From: Amphiscolops sp. MND2022
Lineage: Eukaryota
NCBI GenBank assembly: GCA_964187785.1
Contig: OZ076409.1
Coordinates: 57,352,001-57,416,000, forward strand
Length of the DNA stretch: 64,000 nucleotides
Reading direction: 5' to 3'
Part shown: positions 49,962-63,200 of the stretch, in pieces
How the letters are laid out: every line of letters starts with the position of its first letter
How positions within the stretch are numbered: the first letter of the stretch is position 1
The notes under the pieces: model-generated
Told to the model about the DNA's origin: nothing
Database searches by the model: none
The model's input: the letters and a program-made list of their open reading frames with translations, nothing else
Made by a program: the position numbers and the translations under genes

Positions 49962-51732
49962 TGTCGCAGGCTGCCGCCTGTGACGGGAATAATTACACTA
50001 CGACGTTCGAACAGGACATCACACCGGGAACGCTACCAATATATTGAAATACAAACTGCAAACTTTAGAAACTTGTCCTTGTTTAAATTTAGTCCCTGTT
50101 TTTACTCATCCATGCAATGATTGTATATATAGATAAAATCACTATTAGTCTGTTAAAGTTGTACAATTTGGAAACATCCAAATCAGGCTATTGTGTAATG
50201 AGTGCAGTTGAAATGCAAAGTTATCGGATTGAAAGCAATATAAACAGAAGCAACTGTAAAGCAGTATAGAAAACGTGTTCGCGTGATGTACAGTGCTATT
50301 CCAAAAGCGTCACTTGAGCTCGTTGTCCTGACCAATCACATCGCTTCAATTTACAAGATTATTACAACTCTAGTATAGTGGTGGCCGAATAAGGCCAATT
50401 AACTTAGTATACACCGTTCAATTCACACTTTGGCCAAACGGCCGGTTCCGGCCATCTTGATGAATTATGTTGATGCTAAACTATTTGTACTTATGATTAA
50501 CCAAATTAGTCAGGAAATACTCTAAACTTGTTCTTAGTGCTAAATAATACCCTTGTACCTCTCAATGGGTTAAATAAGCCCAGTGTTAACTTGAAGGCCG
50601 AATAAGGCTTTTTACCCTCTTCCCTTTAGTGCTGAATTAATAAACCGGATTTGGCCAATTTCGGCCTTATTAGAAATTACTATGTCTTAATAGTGTAGTG
50701 ATATTTTAAGCAGACCAAGCATGTAATATTTGATTTTGTTCCTCTCAGTGCTGAATAGTAGCCGCGTGGCGGCTCGTGCCATCATAACATACAAATGATG
50801 CGAGTTTTACATTCCGTCAATAGACGATAATATTTGTTGACAATAGGATAATGACATTTTTCATGAATATGCTGTTTGAAGTTGCGATATGTATACCTGT
50901 CAAAATGTTATTTGTTTGATGTTGCGCTTCTGAGAATCCTGTAAATGTTAGAAATTCTCCTAATTGGGATTTTGTTGAAATATGTACTTTGAAGTTGTTC
51001 ACTGATATGTGAAGATTGTAACCAGAGGTATTTGTTGACCTAAATACCTTTCAAAATGTTGTCTGCTAAATTCCCAGGTTATGTAAAATTTTGGAAAATG
51101 TCATGTGCATTACATACCTTATGATATTAATCTTGACTAGAAATATGTGGAAAATGTGAGTGTCATCCACTCAGGGGTATAAATACTGGTATTTAGCCTG
51201 AGTGGGACACAAATCATATTCAGCGCATCTAGTAAAGATTGTTCTACAAACGGTTCCACTGTTATTTTCCGAGTTGAGTAATTCATTGTTTAATTCGGAC
51301 TTTCCTCAATGCCTACTACAAGAAGGCAGAAGAAAGCAAGGAAATCAAGAGGCTTAGAAATCCTCTCAGATATTGAGAATCTTGACATCATGCTAGGTGA
51401 AAACCACTTCAATGAGACTGTGAGTGTTATGAGTAATAATCTAGAAAATGAAGGTGAAGTTCATACTCTAATCATATGAATTCTAACGCCAGGACAAATG
51501 CCGTTAACGGCCAAAGTTATCCGGACGTGAGTTCTCAAGCTGAGATCAACCAATTGTCAAGTGAACTAAACTTTAGAGTATCTAGAGAAATTGATGAGAT
51601 GATCAATTCAGTCAGTGTTCAGATTCGTTCGGATTCAGAGAGCCATAAATGACGCTATAAGCAATCAGGTATTGCCCCAAATTCAAAATGCCATTTTGCC
51701 GGATCAGGACGTGTGACTAGAAAAGGATGGGA
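49962..51732 (+). mobile_element. LTR of a third, B-related subfamily, cut by the assembly gap
   Basis: Starts TGTCGCAGGCTGCCGCCTGTGACGGGAAT; TATAAATA near 51178; degenerate gag N-terminus from 51309 (MPTTRRQKKARKSRGLEILSDIENLDIMLG). Confidence 0.8.
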
Positions 51733-51932
51733 NNNNNNNNNNNNNNNNNNNNNNNNNNNNNNNNNNNNNNNNNNNNNNNNNNNNNNNNNNNNNNNNNNNN
51801 NNNNNNNNNNNNNNNNNNNNNNNNNNNNNNNNNNNNNNNNNNNNNNNNNNNNNNNNNNNNNNNNNNNNNNNNNNNNNNNNNNNNNNNNNNNNNNNNNNNN
51901 NNNNNNNNNNNNNNNNNNNNNNNNNNNNNNNN
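51733..51932. other. Assembly gap (200 N)
   Basis: Run of N. Confidence 1.
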
Positions 51933-52162
51933 AGTTTTTGATTAAATGATTGAAAACAAAATTCTAGACTTGTTTCCTGTTTTGGCTGTTAAAAGGGGAC
52001 ACTGGTTCCGATATTTCCGGCGTCTTCGAAGCGTTTACATTTGGTTGGTGTATATATATACGTATTCATTTCAATTTCTTGGTGTAGATTGAGAGCTCAA
52101 GGTTGTCACACAAGCGTCCTCTGCAGTTTCTCTACTGTTTTCTGTATTATTGGGTTTCAAGG

Positions 52163-53814
52163 TGTCGCAGGCTGCCGCCTGTGACGGGAATTATTATCAA
52201 ATTCCCCAAGAAAATGTAGAATCCAACCCCCCACCCGGAGTATTGCCCATTTGTAAGACTTACGGTTAAACAATTCAAAACTATGTTTAATCTTATCCCA
52301 ATAGTGCTATTTTATATTTTTACCGTGGCGGACTTGTGATCCACACGGCAACATCTTAGTTTTCATTTTTACCTTACGGGAATATACTTAATTGATGAGC
52401 CCTGTGCCTGTTTGATTGATTAAATGAATTTGTAACATAGTCAATTGAATGTAAAATAATGCGTACAATGCTTGCTGAATACTAGGAAACGTGTTCAAAT
52501 GAACGCTTGTTGACGCCCAGCGTACGTACCGGCCTTATTTAAATAAACCAATCAGAGTGCTGTACATTCTTATCATTATTATTGCTGTAGCCACGTGGAC
52601 CGAAGGTCTACCGTGGTGTTATTAGCTGCCAATTAGTCGATGCTATTATGTTTACTGTAGCCGCGCGTACTGTCAGTCCGCGACAGTTACTACTATTTAG
52701 AGCTGCAATTTAAATAAACTGATGTAGTTACTCGGACCTTAAGTCTATTAGTACAGTAATAATGGACGATTTGTTTGTTATGATACTTGTCAGACATGAA
52801 ATATTAAAGTAAACATGTAACTATCCAAAGCAAAATGTGCTAATTTTAGAACTAATATCACACTTACAGACCATTGGTCAATCCCTCCATTTTACCCTGA
52901 TGCTATATTTAGCTGTAATTTGATGTAGTAATATTGACGTCATGTATCAAAATATAACCCGGGAGCTATTATTAGTAACATGACCAGCATAATTTTGCGG
53001 GTCATGCAGTGTGAAGTATAAATAGCGGGGACCCGTAGGCCCCAGGATGATTGTTTCTGATTTCATGAAACTATCAACTATATACACTGCTGATTCAATT
53101 TGTTACGTTACGAGACTTATTGGAATAATAGACCGTTTGTCAATTCAATATTAATCTCCAAAGTTTGTTCAAAGCCATCAACAAGGAGACAGAAAGCCAA
53201 AGAGAGACGCTCTAGGCAACTGGACATAATGTCTGATGTAGAAAATGTTGATATAATGCTTGGAAGTTACTCTAGATGTGATGAAGAGAGTAACATTAGC
53301 GAAAATGAAGGGAATTTGGACTCAGGGTCTAGTAGACCACAACAAAGTTCAACCGTTATAGGAGAAGATTTCAGATCTTTACTTAATACCAATAGTAGGG
53401 AAAACAGCGAAATCACAATTGAGACCACTAGGTTAATTGATGAGGAAATTTCAAATCAAATGTCTAGAAGACTCAATGAGGTCAAAACTAGCTTGAGTTC
53501 TCAAGTCCAGGAAACTATCACAGCTGCAATAAAAAGTACAGTGCTTCCGGCTATTCAAAATACGCTAGAAACGCAGGGGAGACTTGATTTCACCATGGTG
53601 GACCGAGGGTCCAACGGGCCACATCCGAGCCCAAGGCCAACCGATTTCACCGTAAGGGACCGAAGGTCCAGTGGGCTACAACGGAACACCGAAGTTGGAA
53701 ATGCTCAGAAATCGTGGGAAAATCGTCCCAGAACTTGCTTTACATAGAAAAATACTAGACTGAGGTCTAGAGAGGGTTCAACGGACTCTAATAATAGTGA
53801 ACAAATTCACGACA
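52163..53814 (+). repeat. 5' LTR of element B (1652 bp)
   Basis: TGTCG...CGACA termini, PBS directly after, collinear with the solo LTR at 32154-33647; TATAAATA near 53017. Confidence 0.85.
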
Positions 53815-54941
53815 TGGTGACAGGAGCCAACCCTACCCCACATATGGTTCCTGAGTTTCTCACTGGATGTCCCATGCAATCCCGAGATCCCCTGCAACGT
53901 CAAAATTCCACCAATGACGAGTCTCAGGTTACATTCCCCCAGGTCCCTGAGACTACAGGACCAACTACTCCTTCCGATCCCATTAACCGCCTTGCAGAAG
54001 TATTAGTTGGCATGAACAACCGTCCATCAGCACAAACATTGATGTTACGCCCAGTCAGCACAACCACACTGACATTCGACGGCAAATCCGAGAAATTCGA
54101 ACTCTTCGAAGATCTCTTTCACACTATGATAAAAATGCAACCTGATATGACTGAAACAATGAAAATTAACCATTTTCATTCATTGTTACGAAAGATTGCG
54201 TTACAAACCTTTCGCAAGATTAACACGGCAAACAGGCAAACTCTGGAGGACATATTGGCAGTATTTCGTCGGAAATACTTCAAACCTGAGTCCCAGGCGA
54301 CCGCCAAACACAAATGGCACAGATTGGTGTTTGATCCAAATACCATGAAACTGCCAGACTTCCTTGAGGAGTTAAATCAAGGAGCTGAAAAAGCGTTTGG
54401 CGAGAACGCCCAGGCCATGATCGATAGTCTCCTCTACGCCAAGCTGCCACCAAAATTGAAACGTTCTGTCAATATGGCGAGACTCGAAAATGCGACCTAT
54501 GAGGAAATTGTCACCCATTTAGAACGAGAACTTGAACTCAATGGACTTGAGGAGGGGGACGACATTCCAGTACCAACAATGTCTGCTGCCCCTACAGCAA
54601 CACGACCGGGAACTGGCCTTCTTTCCTCTGGCATCGATCCAAACATTACTTTCAACTATTGCAAGAAACCAGGTCATATCAAAGACGATTGCCGCAAACT
54701 CAAACGAAAGGAGGAACAACGCCGCAATGAAGGGCAGGATACTAAGAAAGAATATCCCAAATGTCCGACTTGCGACAAAACGAATCACCCGGCGGAACGA
54801 TGTTGGAAAGGCGCTGGAGCCCACCTCAAGCCCAAAAACCTCAAGCTGGAGGACACCACCACAACCACCGATCAGTCCACCAGCCAAGATGATATAAAAA
54901 ACAAACAAACTACGTCAATTTTAAAGAACCCAAAAAACTAG
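53172..54941 (+). CDS. gag: Gag of element B; LTR-encoded N-terminus (start codon mutated, in-frame TAG at 53745) plus core ORF 53814-54941
   Basis: ORFs 53100-53747 and 53814-54941 are in the same frame; knuckles (F)NYCKKPGHIKDDC and CPTCDKTNHPAERC; core similar to gag of A; ends at slippery site A AAA AAC TAG. Confidence 0.88.
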
Positions 54942-57900
54942 ATAAGCCACGACTCCAAATTAATGATAAACTCCGTGTCCGACAATACATAATATCTGAC
55001 CCTTCATATGTCCATTACACCGAATATTATACCTCTCTTAAAGAAACATCATCAGCTGACTGGCAGCAGCAAATGAAGACTCCCCCTACCACCCACACCA
55101 CTTCGGACCCTATGTCCAACAGACTACAAACTGATACTACTACGATACGACTTATACCTCTTATTGATCACTATAACCCATATTACTCTGATTCTGACTA
55201 TGGTTTTGACCCCTATTGGGACGTCAATTGCTACAATCAACATCATCTATACTTCTACCGCAATTTCAACAAACCGAGTCACAACATAGAACTAGATTCT
55301 AATGACATTGACCAAGCCTTGAATATGGTCCTTGCTAAAGCCCGAGTTGACCCATGGCAACACGGATCCCACCCTATTCATCACACGACCCACCCCGTTG
55401 ATGAAGACGAACTCCACCGTGCGGGACCACAGGTCTCTCTGGCTACAGCAGTTACTGCACGTTTCGTGAACACCCTAATCACAAGAACGGGCGAACCAGA
55501 CTATGTACCGCTGACAACCAATCTCGGTCTCAAATATAAACGACGAATGCTCTATTTTCCGATGGATTTTGGCGAACTAACATTAGATGGCCTTGTAGAC
55601 ACGGGAGCGCTATCTAGTGCAATCCCAGAAGCTGATCTACGTAAAATCCGATTACTAGCCCCTCAGTCCATTGTGAAAGAGGGCCCGGCCCCCAACTTCC
55701 AAATCATGGTTGCTAATGGGCAGCTGGAGACTCCAAAGAGCACCGTCGAACTGAAGTTTGAAGTCGGCGATATTGAATTTCACGAAATATTCATAGTCAT
55801 AGAAAAACTCACCAGTCCTTTGATTGGTCTTTCGTTCCTCCAACGGAACAACACAATTCTGGATATGAGACAAGGAGTCCCGAATTTTCCCTTCTTCTCA
55901 ATGAAATTGAAAACTGCTGATCACAAGTATACTAACGTCATGGAACCCATCTACATTAGAGAGGATGTAACCATCCCACCTAATGGCCGACAATCGGTCC
56001 TTATGGCTTCACAACTGTACGAGAAAACTACAGTTACTGGGATCCTTCAACCGAGCAATAATCTCACAGATGATGGCGACATCGCATTCTGTGCTGCTCT
56101 AGTCACCCTGACCAATGGTCAGGTATCATTCCATCTGAACAACTTCACCGACAGTCCGTACACCCTCAAGGGGGCACACAGGTGGCTAATTTCACTGTCC
56201 TCACGCCAGAACAGATGCAATATGTCAAGTCTATTGATCTGGTGACCACATGACACCTTTTACAAGACAACCCTGAAAACCCGCTTATTATGCAAGTAGC
56301 TTGATCAAATCTCCTAAACCTGAGGACTCCAAAGACAACTACTGGTTTCCAACACCAGAAGACCCCGGGGACCCTCAACATCACACACCAATTCAGAAAA
56401 GGATTCTATCAGAACTGATCAACCTCCAGGAATTAGAAAAACTCAATCCTCAGGACGACCCTGAGTCGAGACGTCAATTCTTATCCAACTTCGACTGGAC
56501 TGACTCTATGCTCCAACCTGCTGAAATAGCTCGCATAGAGGACCTACTTGTCAATTTTTACGATATTTTCGCTAGGCATCGCTTCGACATAGGCATGAAC
56601 GAGGACTTCAATGTCAAATTAACACCGAAAGATGATTCTCCGGCCTATAGTCAAATTTTGCCAACGCCCATAAATCTCAAGGAGGATATCCTTGTAGAAT
56701 TGGCCCTATTGCATCGCTTTGGGATAATTACAACACTACCATTCTCCAAATACGCGAGTCCCATTTTTGCACAAAAGAAACCCAATGGCAAAATGAGACT
56801 TCTAGTCGATTTGCGCAAAATTAACAACCTGATCTCGGATGACTATATTAACAATAATCATCCAGTGAGTACACTTACTGATGCAGCCCAACACATGGCT
56901 GGGAAAAAGCTATTTTGTAAATTGGACTGTTCGCAAGCTTACCATTGCCTACAAATGGCGGACCAACGGTCCATTGAAATGCTTGCTTTCAACTTCGCCA
57001 GCAGAACATTTGCATATCGACGATTAGCACAAGGACTTAGTAGAGCCCTATCGGCCTTCTCAAGCTTCATGCCTGAATATTTGGACAAAGTTATCAAAGC
57101 CGACCAATGTGCTCAATATGTTGCTATCGGTATAGCTGCTAATGATGCCGAACAGCTTATCAACAACCTTAGGGCCACATTCCAATGCATTCAAAAAGCT
57201 GGATTGAAACTCACAAAGCACAAATGTCACTTTGGAGCAACGGAAATAGACTTTCTGGGACGCACCATCACTCCCGCTGGAGTGAAGCCACAGAGACCAC
57301 GGGTTCAAAATTTCCTAGAAAATACGAAATTCCCGAAATCCAAGAAAGCACTACAGCGGTACTTGGGATTTTTGAACTATTACCGGAACTACATCCCAAG
57401 ACTATCAGAAAAACTAACACCGTTTTTCAAATTGCTCACTAAAGATGAAAAAGTCCTACTAACACCGGACTTTTTGGAAAAATTTACCGAGATAAACAAA
57501 GCTCTTGATCGATGTTGTGAACTGGCACTCAAACAACCCTTACCGAACAAGCAAATAGCCCTCATGACGGATGCCAACTTTTCGGCCGCGGGGTACGCAG
57601 TTCTCATCGAGGACGATCCACTTGAGAAGTACACTTCCACGAGGAAAGCTTTCGCACCAGTAGCTTACGGATCCAAGACCTTTAGTCCTACCCAGTTAAA
57701 AATGTCAATCTATGCAAAAGAGTTCTTAGCAATTTTCTTTGCCTTCAAGGAATTTGGACATAATTTTTGGGGAACCCCAAAACCGGTGATTATACTCACA
57801 GACAACAAGTCCGTCACACGATTCTTTCAAACTAAAATTATTCCGCCGACATTATGGAATGCTTGTGACTATGTGATCCAGTTCAACTTCACAATAGCAC

Positions 57901-60039
57901 ATATTCCAGGCAAAAACAACACAGCGGCCGATTATCTGTCACGTCTCGAAATCTCGCCAGAAGAAATTAATCCTCAGAATTAGAGAGGATATCCCTACGA
58001 CACCGATTGAATTACATGTCCAATCAGCCGAGGTTTCCGAAGAGGAACAAATCTTTTATACCGAGGATGACGACGAGACGGAAGAACAAATCTTACAGGG
58101 TAAAAAAGACAATAGGGATCATCCATCAAATCACTTACCTGACATTTCATTCGAAAAATTTACTACACACAAAAGTGACTATCACAAACTTTGCACGCTT
58201 CAAAAACTATCCTACCCGAACTCTATAGCAGTCGAGCAAAACAACGACGTCATTTTGCAACAATTACGCCTAAAAATACTGAAAGAAAGCTATTCTGAGA
58301 CCATCCTCCTGCAAGATACTCGTTACCAACATTACTGTCGCCAAATGGACCGACTGTCCGTTATGGATGAAATTATTACGAGACAGTATTTTGATGAAAC
58401 AGGAGCTGTCAAGTACAATCAAGTGCTATTACCAAAACATCTGGTCCAAGAACTACTCGAATCCCTACACGGCAAAACCAATAAAAACTCTGGAATATCC
58501 AAGATGCTCAGAGAAATTCGTCAAAAATTCTATTATCCCGGGATTGCAAAAATTGTTAAAAAATGGGTTCAGGGCTGTGAAACCTGCATAAAAGACAAGA
58601 GAATTCCCAACTCATCCATAACGCCAGAATTACTCAACTTGCCTGAATGGGACTTAGGTCCAGAAGATGCAATGCAAATTGACTTATTACCAAACTTGCC
58701 CCCCAGCGGAGGTTATGAAAACATCATAACTGCAATGGATGCGTTTTCAAGATATCTTTTTGCATACCCAGTTACCGACGCTTCGGCCACAAACACGGCA
58801 AAGGTTATTTTAGACATAATGACCAAACATACTTACTTGCCCACCACATTGATCACGGACAAAGGGACGGCCTTTACGTCCAGATTAGTTGCTGAAGTGG
58901 CTCAAATTCTCGGAATTCACATGAAATGCGCGACTACAAAACATCCGCAAACAATTGGCAAATTAGAACGTACTCATGCCAGTCTCAAAACAAACCTCAA
59001 GATGGCCTCAGGGGACTACAGGCGACAGTGGCATAAATATTTGCCTTTAGCGGTATTAAACTATAACACGACTTATCACGCCACCCTGGGTTGTGAACCA
59101 TCCCGAATTGTTCACGGACGAATCCCGTATAATATTGTGGATCACAAATTGGGCCTTAATCCTAACCCAAAGATCCTACCGACTACAGATTTTGCAGACG
59201 AATTTCAACGACGCACGCAGATACTACTAGATTCTACCAAGAAAAACATCATGCAATCTTATTTGAAGTACAAAGAGTATTATGACCGGAAGGCCAAAGC
59301 GGCCCCTTTGAAACAAAACGACTATTGCTTTATACTACAACCTATCGCAGATCACCAAGGATCAAAAATACCGTTCCGAGAATACAGATGGACTGGGCCC
59401 TACATCGTAGAAAAGGTTTTGCCGAATCAAAACTACATTGTTCGGAAACTCAATTCTAATGAAACGCAAATTTTACACCGAATTAGACTACGTAAATACG
59501 AACCCAACACTGTGCTACAAGACATTCGACCAGAAGGCAATTTACAACCGGACGATGAAATTATTTTACCGCAAGACGACTTGTATGTCATTACGTGGGA
59601 AACCAATTTTGGCGAATTCCCTAATTCCTCGGATACAAACGCAATTCCTACGAACCGACATAGCCTACACAATTCTAGCAATACTGACACTGATCCTATG
59701 ACGCAAGAGGAAATTTTCACCGACGTGGACCTTAGGTCCACCGGGCCTCATCATAAAAAGGGCGCCAACGCCCCGGATAACAATTTCTCCGGCAAGGACC
59801 TTGAGTCCACCGGGCCACACCAAAATGATGATTTTGTCTTGACTGAAAAAACGTGCTCAGACGGCTTAAATGACTATTCTGATGACCAAAAATCATTAGG
59901 AGGGAGCGATACTATCGTGCCCGAAGTATTAGAAGAGGAAAACGATGAAGTGGTTGTTAACAATGAAAGCCCTAGGGGAGGAAAAAATACCCTTCGACCT
60001 AACCCCACCCCCAACTATACTGATGAATACAGATACTAG
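54938..60039 (+). pseudogene. pol: Pol of element B, disrupted
   Basis: VDTGA protease, RT with damaged catalytic motif (YVAI in place of YVDDI), RNase H, integrase with WTGPY; frameshifts/stops near 56170-56300 and 57965. Confidence 0.93.
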
Positions 60040-60218
60040 TCAGATATTTGTATTACTGTCCCTTTTAGCACGAATTTTATCTGGGACTTGACTGACTGCA
60101 AGACTAATGGTACAACAGACTACATAAATAGCAAATTCAAACAATTGAAAAGAAGAAATTAAAGGTCTATTTACTCAAAGAACAGAAAGTCTATTGCACA
60201 ATTGTACATATGGCACAA

Positions 60219-63200
60219 TTAAAGCTTAGCAGATTTCGAACTTGTTTTGCTGGCCTTCGTAACTGCAGATCCTTCTAACTCTGGTTCATTTTGCTGCACA
60301 GTATTTTTCCCGAAGGAAATTCGAACAACCTTCGGAGAGTTGCGGATCCCTGATTGACTGGTTCCAGCTCCAAGTGAGGTAGACGCTTGGGAGCTCAGGT
60401 TCTCCCTAATTTGTCCTCGTCCAAAGTGATCGATGCAGTCCCAGGGACTGTAAGTGCTGCCAAGCCCAGTGTTCCCAAAAGTTTTTTCCAGATCAAGGAA
60501 CCGGGAAATTGAGGAATCAGATGTCAAGACATCCAGTCCACGAGAGACGTTCCCAAGAAATGACTGAATTGGTGCCACCACATCGAACATAGTGCACGTT
60601 GGGTCATCAGTCTTTACGGAGCCAAATCTAACAGGGGGGAAAACTGAATCTGGGCTCGTCCAAACACAAACAGCTAAGACGAAAGATTCTGGCCAGGTGA
60701 CGACGAGTCTTCAGAGCTTCCTGTCCAGAGATGAACGCAATCGCATCAGCAATCAACAACTTCGGCTGTTGCAGATCGGGGTGAAGGCGTCGCAACTCGT
60801 CAACAAACGAGAGAAATTCCTCCGTATACAAAAGTTCTTCTGAGGGGTCGAGCACTCCACGAAGTCTGAAGCTAGTGAATAATTGCTTAAAGCAATACGT
60901 AGCCTGATCGATTGGGTCCACCAGCAGTATCTCGAGGTCGAATGAGCCTAGGCCCCTAACGATGTCGGAGGTGAATCGGCTCAGCTTTTGGGTAGCTCCA
61001 AGAAGATAAGCGACGTAGGCACGAGCAGACCGACCAAACTCCTCACGAATGTTAGCTGTGACCTCCTCGAGACTCAAATCTTTGTTCTTTTCTTCGCCTT
61101 GTTCCTTCTCGGCTCTATGCCGGCATCCAACGTCCAGGCGAGCCCCGAGTTTGGAACGAGCAATGAAGTCGTCTACGACAAGAGCTTTGGCGTCTGGAAT
61201 AGAGAATTTGAGCATCTCTTCAAAATTGTTGTCGTCAGGAAGACTGCTGGGGCGAACGCATCTACGAGCAAGCTTGAAGAGAAATTGGCACAGCTCTTTG
61301 TAAGTGTGGAAGCCTCTGTCACGTCGAGACTTCAAGTTCAGCGTGAAGCTATGGACATCTGGAAAAGACACTAATAAAGATCAAAGCCTAACCTGTACCC
61401 TAGAAAAGTGAAACCCCCACTTACAATCCTGGAGAAGGCGGTAAAATAGTTCAATCCGACTGGGGAAGAGACTGTCGTACACTATAGACCACTCCAAATT
61501 CTGTGGCTGAAACCAAAGAAATTTTGTACCAATTGGGACATGGAGTACCCGGGACTACAGAGAAAATAGGTTACCTGTTTGCGGACTCCCTGCATCTCTT
61601 GAAATGGTGCGTTTTTGCTGAGGTACGAGTGAACTTTGGGCCAGTTGTCCAGGAGCTCCCGACACAAAGGTGGTAGTCCGCTAATGTCCAGTTGACAGGT
61701 TCTGATAGCCTAGAAGAAGAGGAGAATCATGTGTTACCACGTCATCATAAGACTTGTAAAGGGAATAGACCCAATGTCAAGAATCATGGGTACACCCAGA
61801 AACTTGAAAATGTGATCCTGAAACTAAATATTTCGTACCTTAGAGAGTTCGGGGGAGAGCAGTACCCAGCAAAGTTCCTCTGAGGGATACAACAAGGTAT
61901 CGCAGCGTGGAGAAGAAGTCCACCCTCCCAAAGACACTCTGGCTCTTCCTGTGCATAAGTGGGGGCAAATTGAGCTCTTCGTAGCGAGGAGGACTTTGCA
62001 CACTGTAGGGACTGTAAGGGCTTCCATCCACTAGCTGCACAGTTTTGGCGCTACTACCAGTACAACTGACAAGAGCGGGCTTGGTTGAGATGGCACCCAT
62101 GATGTATGACACCAAACTGATCTCAGCATCAGTTTGGCCCTGTATCCTCCCGGTCCGCTTGAGGAAGACCCGACACAGTTCGCTGTCTCGCCAGTATCGT
62201 ATGAAGATGAGAACGAAGGCACCATCATTCGCAAATTCGATCGAGTACTCTCAATTGGAGTTTACTTGGGAGGCAATATCACAGATGATCTCGTGGAACA
62301 TGTGATGGAACAATACCTGAAACAGAAAGACGAAGACGGTTACCACTGGATACCACCTTGAGAAGCAGAGTAGACTACTTCTAAGAAATAGTAAAAGTTT
62401 ACTTACAGTCAAGCGCTCTTTGCTCCAGTTGAAATCAGTAAACAGAGCCTGGTGGTTCACGATGACCCCCACGTCACTCCAGAATAACTTCAGCACTTCA
62501 AGATCGCCATACGAAGGGAGAAATCGGCCCAGTACTGACAATTGGATGCGAGCTCTGCTATCGGCCGATGAAGCCATGTAGTCCATGCCAGACATGTACT
62601 CGTCATAGAAGGGAAGCTTTTGCCCGCTTTCTATCAGCTCAACATCAATAAAGTTTGGCAGCTCCAGTTCTAAATGGTAAGGGGTTAAAACCTTCCCGTC
62701 CTTTCCTCGCACTTGGTGAATCTTGTTTTTAGTGACCGGATCGATTTTGTAGAGGTACTCGTACCTCCACCTTTGGTCTTTCCTCAGATGTTTTTCGGTG
62801 GAGTGGTGACGCAGAATTTCCCTAGCTCCTTTCCCTTAGATGGAAATATTGGCCTTACAAACTTGGCAATAAAATTTGTATTTGTTCCACCTGGGGTCTA
62901 CTGGCCCAGAGACAAAGGTTCGCGTCCACTCCATCCCCTTGAAGTACGCTTCCTTCATGATTTTGCAACTTCGGGTCACTTTTCGTCTTGCCCCTTGGGA
63001 AGCGGAACTCGTTGCTTGTCGCCCTCGCTTGCTAGTGGTTCGTTTGGAGCGTTCCTGCATTCCTTCTGCCTTCAAGGAAGCCAAAGTTTGTCCCCCGGGA
63101 CTGTCAGCGCAGTACTCGAGTGCTAGAGACCCTGAGTCCACTGGGCTATAACTTGTGCGCTTTGTGGAGGCACTTTGTGGAGGGGGAGCAATACCATCAT

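Noticed and set aside
51713..51949. ORFs spanning poly-X
   Set aside because: Artefact of the N gap.
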